From: Octopus vulgaris
Taxonomy: Eukaryota
Direction of reading: 5' to 3'
Assembly: GCA_951406725.2 (NCBI GenBank)
Contig: OX597823.1
Coordinates: forward strand, 70,432,001 to 70,496,000
DNA: 64,000 nt
The notes beneath the pieces are model-generated. The model had not been told where the DNA came from. It worked only from the letters and a program-made list of their open reading frames with translations, and did no database searches. Position 1 is the first letter of the stretch. Each line of letters opens with the position of its first letter. Position numbers and translations under genes: made by a program. Shown here piece by piece: positions 49,201 to 60,835 of this stretch.

Positions 49201-52200
49201 ACCTTTTCCTTTATGTTTAATATATTGGGTTGTCCGGAAAGTTCGTGCCGATTTATAGTAGCTTACCTATTTCTTTATTACCCACAAGGGGCTAAACACA
49301 GAGGGGACAAACAACGACAGACATAGGTATTAAATCGATTACATCGACCCCAGTGCGTAACTGGTACTTAATTTATCGACCCCGAAAGGATGAAAGGCAA
49401 AGTCGACCTCGGCGGAATTTGAACTCACAACGTAACGCAGACGAAATACCGCTAAGCATTTCGCCCAGCGTGCTAACGTTTCTGCCAGCTTGCCACCTTA
49501 AATAGTAGCTTACCTAGATTTATAGTAGCTTACCTTTCAACTTATTTTAGAACATGGTTGAGTCCATAAAATTGGATTTGACTACAGCTCCATTTAGAGC
49601 TCAGTTTAAGCTATCTTTTCACGGAAGAAGGTTTATGTTCCTGTAACTTGCGACCACCTTGGATTTTTAGTCAAATGGATCAACCCCAGTACTTCTTTTT
49701 TAAGAAGCGGTACTTATTCTATCAATCTCTTTTGCTGAACCAAGTTATGAGGACACAAACACACCAACACTGGTTGTCAAGCAGTGATGGAGGGGACAAA
49801 CACAGACACAAAGACGCATGCACATAGATATATACATAATATATATAAATGTATACATGTATATATATATATATATATGATGGGCTTTTTTCAGTTTCTG
49901 TCTGCCAAATCCATTCACAAGGCTTTGGTCAACTTGAGGCTATAGTTTAAGACACTTGCCTAAGGTACCACACAGTGGATCTGAACCTGGAACCATGTGG
50001 TTGGGAAGCAAGCTTCTTACCACACAGCCATGCTTGCACCTATTAACATCCCTATCATTCATGGTTTAATTTTATTTCTATTTCGTTGTTTAGATGATTG
50101 TTGAGAAAAATTTTTGGCAAACAAAACACCACGATAAAATTGACAGCATGAGGCTACAAAAAGAAAGAACGTTTTATAAAGAAAACAGAAAGCAGCTCTC
50201 TCCATTAACAGCTGTAGGTTGTCCATATACTGCAGGACCTGATGGTTGTAGGGATTCTCTACTCTCCGCAAGTAAAGCACGACTCTCTGAAAAGGGTAAG
50301 CAAATATTTCTGAAAAATTTTCATGAAACTCTGTATAAGACAGGCTATTTTTTATTCTCTATATTGAGCCTTTGAACTTCATATATGCCATTTATATGGT
50401 CCGAGGTTGACTTTGCCTTTCATCCTTTCGGGGTCGATAAATTAAGTACCAGTTACGCACTGGGGTCGATATAATCGACTTAATCCGTTTGTCTGTCCTT
50501 GTTTGTCCTCTCTGTGAGCCCCTTGTGGGTAGTAAAGAAATATATTTCTCATCTATACATGGTTTCAGTATATTGTTCCTCACCCACTTTTTTTGTATTG
50601 TCACCTTTCACCTCCTTCTTTCTGACCCATTCCAATTTCCTTCACTGATCCCTTCCCACCTGATATCCACCATTGACTACCCCTCCACCCATGCCCAAAA
50701 CTCACTGCATTCACCCCAGTTCCCATCTCTAACCATCTTTCGTTTCTCTTACCCACCCCATCCAATTCTGTGTTCTTATTCTCTCTTATAGTCACCTTCC
50801 TTCTTGTATCTTGAGAATATACTTTGAAACCCCATCAGCACCATTTTTTCTTTTCAGCTGAGGTGGCCATATATCCCCTCTGCAGCAAAACACCTAATCC
50901 TGTCCCTCTATCATGCTCTAACATCTCAACACGTGGTATAAAACCGTCACCCTCAATACTATACCCTTACTTAGTCAAGGGGTTTCTGGTCTTGTGAGTT
51001 ATTTGGTGACCATGTGGCAGAACTACATAACTTAGGCATAGTAATATGTGACCAGAGGTCATCCTGCACAATAGATGAATATATCGATGATGTAGCTAGC
51101 CTCGCTTTGATACACTAGCCTCATTCTGATACACTAACTTTGTTCTGATCTACACTGGCCTTGGTCAAAGACACCATGTTAGTACTGGAGTCAGTACATT
51201 CTGTAAAGAGGTTGGTTCTGGTCATTCAGCCATAGGGACCATACCAACAAAGACAGTGTTCTGCCTCATCAGATCCCGTCGAACTGCCAAACCCTTGCCA
51301 GCATAGAAGACAGATGTTAAACAACAATGATGATAGTGTATGTGCATATTTATTTTTGGGGATCTTTACCTTTTGACCGACAGATTCAAAAAATAATTTT
51401 TTGTAACTAAACACTTTCAGACTTCGGACATTGGTAGAATGTGTCACATAAAACATCATTTACTCTTAGCATTTTTGAGAAAAAACTTATATTTACAAAG
51501 TTATTTCATGTTAAAGTTCTCATATTTCGGCAATTTCAACCAATCAATGATGTATATTCAACTGAATAAAATTACTGCTGTTGTTTGTCAACAACAACTA
51601 TCAGCGGTGTATTTTTTGTGTGTCACTGTTATGTATGGCATCGTTCATGTGTTTGTACTGATTTTAAGGCTTTAGGATTGGGGGTTTTAAGGTTAGGGTT
51701 AAGGTTTTAGAGTAAAAATATCTTATATGACACATTCTACTAGTGTCCAAAGTTTGAAAGTGTTTAGTTACAAAAAATTATTTTTTAAATCTGTCGGTCA
51801 AAAGGTAAAGATCCATTTTTGGGTTTATATGTGTGCATTTGTGCACCTAATTTATTTACATATTACTTGTGCATTCCAGATAGATTATTATTATTAGCAT
51901 GCTTGCAAAGTATTGTGACATATAAATGTATGTTTGGGTATTCACATATGTATGGGAGCCTTTCTACATATATTATGGAGAGATGTGTTTTGTTTTATTA
52001 TAGACGTGTTACATATTTGTAAACTTACTCATGGGCTTGTGCATGTTGTATTCTTTTATTCCTTTACTTGTTTCAGTCATTTGACTGTGGCCATGCTGCA
52101 GCACTGCTTTGAAGGGTTTTAGTCAAACAAATTGACTCTAAGGCTTATTTTTTAAGCCTGGTACTTATTCTATCGGTTTCTTTTGCAGAACCACTAAGTT

Positions 52201-53686
52201 ACGAGGATGTAAACACACCATGTTAAGCAGTGGTGGTGGGACAAATACAGACATACACACATAGATACACACACACACACACACTGGCGAAAATAAATTT
52301 AAGACTGATGATAAAAGTTCTATTTCTTATAAAATATTTTGTTACTAACACCATGCAAATTATTTCTATCTTTTACACCTTATGCAGAATTTATTTCTCT
52401 TTCAAATGATGCAGACAATAACTATTTTTATACAACTTGAAAGAAGTTTTTAAGTACAAATGCAATTCACAACCGGTTTATTTACAAGTTTCACAGAATA
52501 GGGGAAGTGTGCTGCTCTCAGCATACCATCTCAAGCTGTGTGTGTTTCGTTGTATCTCCGTTAATGCGGGCCCATTGCCTCTGGATATACAACATGTAGA
52601 CAGGACTAGCTTGGAGACCCGGCCAGTGAGGTGTACTCAGCAAGCACTTGTGGTGAAAAGAGAATGAATCTGTTGTTGTTGGGCCCTTATATCCAGTTTG
52701 CCATTGTGAGCCTCCTTGTGATCTCACACATGGCAAATGGATGCAGGTGAGGTCTCGCTCCAGTCTTGAAGATGGCAATGGCTGCCGTGAGATGTTATCC
52801 AATATGGCGCTGACTGCTTGTGCTGCTACACACCTTTCTATTTAATTCTTTCCTTTTGTGCTTCTCTCTTGGTTTGCCAACCAAATTATTTCCTTTTTGT
52901 GGCTTTCTAAGCTCCTCCCAGTAATTGTATTTATAACCATGTTAAAAAGCACCATCCGAACATGGCTGATGCCAGCGCCGCCTTGACTGGCTTCCGTGCC
53001 GGTGGCACATAAAAAGTACCAATCTGATTGTGGCTGTTGCCAGCCTTGTCTGGCACCTGTGCTGGTGGCACGTAAAAAGCACCCACTACACTCACAGAGT
53101 GGTTGGCGTTAGGAAGGGCATCCAGCCGTAGAAACACTGCCAGATCAGACTGGAGCCTGGTGCAGCCTTCTGGCTTCCCAGATCCCGGTCGAACCATCCA
53201 ACCCATGCTAACATGGAAAACGGATGTTAAACGATGATGATGATGATGATGATGTTTGTCTGTGTGCAGTTTTATTACACTGTTTGAAAGTCATGTTGAA
53301 ATGACTGGCTGGAGTTTCCTTTTAGTATTGTTTGAACTTGCTTAATCATTGCTTATATCTATTACAATATGCTGAATTATTTAACTGTCCCATTATTGAA
53401 ATGATTGGAACTGGATAATACTTGCAATACCAATATCTTCATCATTTATTTGGGAGTAGCTGCATGGTAAGAAGCTTGCTTCCCAACCACTTGGTTCTGG
53501 GTGCAGTCCTACTGCGTGGCACCTTGAGTAAGTGTCTTCTACTATAGCCTCAAGCTGTAAAAACCTGGACAAAACAGAGACAGCTTAGAGTAGTTTTTCT
53601 ACCTGGCTGGCTCCTGTCCACTGTCCTACTTATGCATGCACCGTCCTATCCATGATGATGATAGAAAAACTATAATAGAATTCGCT

Positions 53687-53717
<31 letters not shown>

Positions 53718-56061
53718 GTGTGTATATATTTCATTAACATTTAATATACTTTATAGTATATTATGGTTGAGCAATGATATTCCACATGCCTACAAGTCAT
53801 TAATATTTACATACTAGCCCCAGGAATGCTTTTAATATGTAAATTGGTATATCCAATAACTTAACTCTGCTGTATACTGTGGCTATATAAACAATGTGTT
53901 CAGAGGCAAGGGTGGGTTAGATGAATGCTGACAAAGGGGCAAAACCCCCTGGAATATGGCATATACATTTTTTACCCATTTTTGTCTTCAATCTCATTGT
54001 TTGCTTACTTCTGACATCTCAATATGAAACAAAACAAAAAATCAGTGCTGGCTAAAATTTCTGTAGAAATAACCTGAACAAAGTAATGTAAAGAGCACTG
54101 CTAACACAGATGGACATGGTGTTGACTCATAAAAAACATTTAATATTCTTTATAGTGTATTTTGGTTGTCTAACGAAATTCCATATGCTTACAAATCATT
54201 AATATGTTAATATGTAAATAATATCTACACCTTTTAAAAATTTTTTAATGATGTAAAAGATTGCATAGAGAAATTGGAAAACAAATTTTTCATTTGATCA
54301 GAACTAGTTTATTTGATTTTTATTGAAGAGAAACAAAAATTGTCACATTTAAATTATAAAGGTTTTTGTTTGCACACATTATTGTTAGCTGAAATGTATT
54401 TGTATAGAAATACACACATGCAGCGCTTAAATATGTGCATGCTTGCATATCATTATACATAACACAAGGTACATGGCCTTAAGTGCAGTGTTCTAATATG
54501 TTTTAAAGTTATCAGAAAATTTACTTTTATGGCTGTGCAGGTGGCACGTAAAAAACACCATTTGAGCGTGGCCGTTGCCAGTACTGCCTGACTGGCCCTC
54601 GTGCCAGTGTTACGTAAAAGCACGCACTACATTCTCGGAGTGGTTAGCGTTAGGAAGGGCATCCAGCTGTAGAAAGCCTAGTGCAGCCATCTCGTTCGCC
54701 AGTCCTCAGTGAAATCGTCCAACCCATGCTAGCATGGAAAGCGGATGTTAAACGACGACGATGACGACGATGGTGGTGATGATGATGATGATGATGGAAA
54801 ACAGATGTAAAACAATGTCTGTAAGATGAATGTTTTTTACCCTGAGCAGTCTTTTATTACATTTAACATATCAAACATTTACTCTTTTTTTATTTTTTTA
54901 TTTTTTTATTTCACTTTTATAGCAAAGACACATGCTCAAACGTCAGATGACACACAAAATACAACTCCCCAACATTTACAAAACCAACTTAAACCTGTTT
55001 CTAGGTTTAAACTACTCGAGAATTCCAGTCATGCTGTTGAACCAAACAAAGTAAGTATAAATGAATAAGGGAACTTCTACTTTCTGTTTCCAGCACTGTA
55101 CTCACTAGAAATAGCAACCGAATCTCTCACCCTAATGTTTTAAGAGGAAGAATATAATAATAATAATGAAATTATTGTATACAGTGCTCAGGTGCACCAC
55201 AACTTGTCAAAAGTGCGTATAAAGCATATGCAGTAATGTACAAATGTTTGGGAAGTGAACATACATACATACATACATACATACTGTTCGAAAATATAAG
55301 GACACAAATAGTGTGTCGTATAGCCAGCTGAAGACGATGTTTATCTGGAGCTAAACAACAGTAGCATTCATCCCAACCGGGTCTGCCGTATTGTATTGGC
55401 AAATAATCTTTACTTTAAGGTACTGTTACTGTATGTCTCTCGTTGGGAGATTTAGAAATAATAATGTTTCTATTTAGTCAGATCAGTGATTATGTATCAC
55501 TTTGAAAACTATATATTTTCGAACGGAGATTTTGGCAGTGCCACCCTCAGTCAAGTGATTATTCTGTGCCGAAGAAGAGCAGTAACCCTCAAACCGCGGT
55601 CCACAGATATTGTTCTGTACTGGGGTGGGGACGCTAAACTCCCATGTTCGAAAATATAAGGGCATAGTGTGTTGTATAGCCAGCTGAAGACGATGTTTCC
55701 TGGGGCTAAACAATGGTAGCATTCATGCCAACTGGAACTGCCATTATTATTGGCAAATAATCTTTACTTTTATGAAAGCGCATGGCTCAGTGGTTAGAGC
55801 GTCGAGCTTACGATCGTGAGATTGTAAGCTTGAGTCCTGGACCGGGCTGGGCTACGTGTTGTGTTCTTGAGCAAGACACTTTATTTCACGTGGCTCCAGT
55901 TCACTCAGCTGTAGAAATGAGTTGCGACGTCACTGGTGCCAAGCTGTATCGGCCTTTGCCTTTCCCTTGGATAACACTGGTGGCATGGAGAGGGGAGGCT
56001 GGTATGCATGGGCGACTGCTGGTCTTCCATAAACAACCTTGCACTGTATACAATAATTTCA

Positions 56062-56111
<50 letters not shown>

Positions 56112-57695
56112 GAGTGAGAGAGTAGTTCATGCCATCAAAGTGACACTGGGGTAAAATATACGAAGCCCAATGTACCCATCATGACTACCCGTCTGATAAG
56201 GGTACACCAGGCACATGCATCACAACCATATGTGCGCGACATGGTGATCTCATATCAAGATAAACAGCACATGACCTTGCAGTTGGGGCCCAGTTAGAAT
56301 TTTCTTCAGGTTGAGTAGCCCATCCCGCTCAAAAGGTCCCTGAATAAGGGTTGTTTAAGGATGTTGAAAGAATCACCCATGTTTCCAGAGGTGAATTATT
56401 CAAACCCCAATGAATCCCTCTCAACACATTATTATTATTATTATAAAGGGTAACTGTCTAGGTGCAATCCTATGGTCAGTGTCATGACCGAAGGGGGTCT
56501 CAATCTTTACTTTAAGACACTATTACTGTATGTCTCGTTGAAAGATTTAGAAATAATAATGTTAATGTTTATATATATAGATTGCGGAGTTTCTGAATGT
56601 TTTATAAGTTTTAGATTTCCCTCTAGTTTTAGTCAGAATTTTGCATTTCTGCTTTCCACAATAACTTTTATTGCAATTTAAATAACGTTCTTTATAAGTA
56701 TCGTAGAGTTGCCCCAAATTAAATTCACTGAATTACCTCCCTTAGACTATATCAACACACATGCACTCACACACGAACGTACATTGATATACTAATCACT
56801 TGTAATTTTAATGTTAAATCACTTATAGTTGTCAACATTGTAAATGCTTTTTTTTTTTTACATATCTGTCATTGAAATCTCTCTCTCAATCAAGCATTGA
56901 TTAAACTTAAAGTACCTATAAAAGAATGTCCGAATTATATCGTGTTGGATTGTGACAGACGAAAAGTTTCAGTTTGTGGTGTACCAGTAAGAAGTTCATT
57001 CTAACATTTCATCAGGGTCCTTTATCGAACTGATTGTTGTTGATGCAACCCTTCTCTAGGTCAGGTTGTTGAGTGTTTTTTTTTTTCTGAAAAAAAATGT
57101 AGCTTGCAGGTCGTTTTGCAAAAAATCTGAAAGCTCATACATCATCTTTGACGGGAGAGTCCTTTATATATATATATATATATATATAAAACTTATAAAC
57201 AATTTAAAGGTATTTTTAATATGCTGGCCAATGATAAAATTTTTCGAAAAAATTTTTTCGAAAAGGCGCAGGAGTGGCTGTGTGGTAAGTAGCTTGCTAA
57301 CCAACCACATGGTTCCGGGTTCAGTCCCACTGCGTGGCATCTTGGGCAAGTGTCTTCTGCTATAGCCTCGGGCCGACCAAAGCCTTGTGAGTAGATTTGG
57401 TAGACGGAAACTGAAAGAAGCCCGTCGTATATATGTATATATATATATATGTATGTTTGTGTGTCTGTGTTTGTCCCTCTAGCATTGCTTGACAACCGGT
57501 GCTGGTGTGTTTACGTCCCCGTCACTTAGCGGTTCAGCAAAAAAGACCGATAGAATAAGTACTGGGCTTACAAAGAATAAGTCCCGGGGTCGATTTGCTC
57601 GACTAAAGGCGGTGCTCCAGCATGGCCGCACTCAAATGACTGAAACAAGTAAAAGAGTAAAAGAGTATATATATATATATATATATATATACATA

Positions 57696-57732
<37 letters not shown>

Positions 57733-58843
57733 CATCATCATCATCATCGTTTAACGTCCGTTTTCCGCGCTAGCACGGGTTGGACGGTTTGACCGGGGTC
57801 TGGGAAGCCAGGGGCTGCTCCAGGCTCTAGTCTGATCTGGCAGAGTTTCTACGGCTGGATGCCCTTCCTAACGCCAACCACTCTGTGAGTGTAGTGGGTG
57901 CTTTTTACGTGCCACCTGCACAGGTGCCAGGGTGGGTCTGGCATCGATCACGATCGGTTCGAGCTTTTAACGTGCCAGCGGCACGGAAGCCAGCCAAGGC
58001 GGTGCTGGCATCGGTCACGTTCAGATGGTGCTTTTTGGGGGTGCAGGTAATATAGGGAAGCACCAGTGGGGAGGGTTGGGGTGAGGAACGATGACAGCTA
58101 GGGTTGATGCAGGTTTGTAGGAAATAGAACGTAGGACTTCACGAGTGGGGGAGGGGACTGGAAGGAGATAGCCGGTTGAGGCAGTGACAGATTCAAAAAC
58201 AGGAGGAAACGTAGGATAGGTGGGGGGTTGATGAGCTGCGGCGCTAGCTGCTTGTCTTGGTGGGGGGGGTAATACAGTGAAAGCATGTGAGGAGGAGGGG
58301 TAGGAGGGAGAGACACACATAATGGTGGTGAGGGAGGGCATATCCGGTGTAGATGGTGTGAACAGTGAGAACAGTGTTCACCGGTATTGGTGGTGGGGGT
58401 GGGAAAGGGCGGGCGCACCACGAATGGTGAAGATCGAATTAAAGGATTGAAGGTACTTTAGAGAAACGGGTGGGAATGGCGATGTTTTTAGGGTAGCATA
58501 GAGAAAGAAAAAGGAAAGCAAAGCAGGTTGGTGGTTATAAGTTCAAAACATTTAAACGGTAGACAAATGTATGTATGTATGAAAAAGGGAGAAATCTTAG
58601 CTTGCTAATAGACATCGCTGTGAGTCGGAGAAGAAATGATAGGAGTGGGGAGAGAAGGTGCAATATAAATAGATTGACCGGAACTCTGAGTTGGAGAAGA
58701 AGGAAGTATGGTTGGGCTAATAATGGCGATTTTGGGTTTGCAGGCACCGTGAATGGTGAAGATCGAATTAAAGGATTGAAGGTACTTTAGAGAAACGGGC
58801 GGGAATGGCGATGTTTCTAGGGTAGCATAGAGAAAGAAAAAGG

Positions 58844-58889
<46 letters not shown>

Positions 58890-60791
58890 GTTTTTTTGAA
58901 GCTTGTTACAAAACATGGTGACACGTTTTGTGACTAAACTTTTCACTTTGTACATTTCAGCAAGCTTTTGATGCTGATGCAGCTGCAGGTCACAACATCT
59001 CAGCTCGCGTCGCAAACCATCACAGAACCAGTTCTATAACAGCAATGATTCAACCTTGTAATCCCACAATTACACGAGATAAAACATCACTTTGCATCTC
59101 ATCTTCCCCTTTGGTTTGTGACATTTTCTTTCTTTCTTTTATTACACCTTTTTTTTTTTTAAAGTCTTTTATCTTTTAGTTGCTTCAGTCATTAGATTGT
59201 GGCCACACTGGGGCAACAGCTTGAGGAATTTTTAGTCAAATGAATCGACCTCAGTACTCTTTTTTTTTTAAGATATCCGGTTTTGGTTAAGCTGCACTGC
59301 AAAATGTGGGAGTAGTTAGGAATCTAAATCGTAGGAGACAGAGAGCACACAACCTCACTTTTATATATAAAGATATTTATGTGTTTATGTAGATGTATCT
59401 ATCTATACATACATACATATATACATGTGCACACACACACACACACAGAGTACAGTATAAGCTTAAACTTTGGTAAACTTTTATCTAAGCCAGTATGGGC
59501 CCATACCATGTGTAACTTAGCATTGACACCTCCTGCCAAAGCCCTTTCAGTGATGTTTAAGTCATACACATATGTGTTAACAATATGCTGTTAGGGCTTC
59601 ATTTCTTTTGTTGAGATGGATGAGTCTTCTTGAGCATAGGGAATTACCAATCTTCTTGGTATTTCGTCATCTCCTCCATGAGATTCAGCTACCTGAGGTC
59701 AGTCTTCCCTATGTCATTCTACATCTTCCTGGGTCTTCTTCTTCCACAGGTTCCATCTATATTTAGTGACTGGCACTTCTTTATGCAGCTGTCCTCATCC
59801 ATATACATTACATGACCATACCAGCACAGTCTTCTCTCTTGCACACTGCATCTAATGCCTCTTATGCCCGATTTTTCTTCCAACACATTTAACCCATATT
59901 TCACTATCATATAGCATTGCTGTTCATACACAAACATCATACAATCTGTAAGGTGGAGGTGCAATGGCCCAGTGGTTAGGGTAGCGGACTTGCGGTCGTA
60001 GGATCGCGGTTTCGATTCCCAGACCAGGCGTTGTGAGTGTTTATTGAGCGAAATCACCTAAAGCTCCACGAGGCTCCGGCAGGGATGGTGGTGTTCCCTG
60101 CTGTACTCTTTCACCACAACTTTCTCTCACTCTTACTTCCTGTTTCTGTTGTACCTGTATTTCAAAGGGCCGGCCTTGTCACTCTCTGTGTCATGCTGAA
60201 TATCCCCGAGAATTACGTTAAGGGTACACGTGTCTGTGGAGTGCTCAACCACTTACACGTTAATTTCACGAGCAGTCTGTTCCGTTGATCGGATCAACCG
60301 GAACCCTCGTCGTCGTAACCGACGGAGTGCTTCCACCACAATCTGTAATCAGCTCTCTGTACTTTTTCAAGCTGGTTCATATTCCAGCAACTATATTTTC
60401 AGAACATTCCTCTTCATTACTAATTAGGTATCTTAGGTAATAGAAATAATCTACTATTTCTAAGAACCTTTCTGAACATTCAAAAAAATCTGTTTCCCAT
60501 GAATTCTTAGTTTTATTGTTTCTGCACACCGGTCACAAATATGATCTTCTTTCTTTGTTAATCCTCTTGTGATTCTTCCACTACACGTTTTGTGTGTCCC
60601 TAGTTTGCACTGGGTACACCATATGAAATTTCTACTTACATCTTTTCTACTTAGTGAGCAAGGCCCTCTACATTATATAAGTGTGGGAGAGGAAACCAGA
60701 GTTCATTACATTGCTTTGATGATGGTGTCATCTCAAAGCATTTCATTCTTTCGTTGATTTTAGAAATGGCTTGAATTTTAAGTTGAACCGG

Positions 60792-60835
<44 letters not shown>

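Noticed and set aside
51085-51165. Three to four copies of a ~19-bp unit (CTAGCCTC..TGATACA)
   Set aside because: A short degenerate minisatellite with no further structure.
53735-54212. ~75-bp diverged direct repeat (near 53737 and 54136)
   Set aside because: An AT-rich old local duplication with no terminal or coding features.
58021-58421. Proline-rich minus-strand ORFs
   Set aside because: A by-product of C-rich low-complexity repeat sequence.
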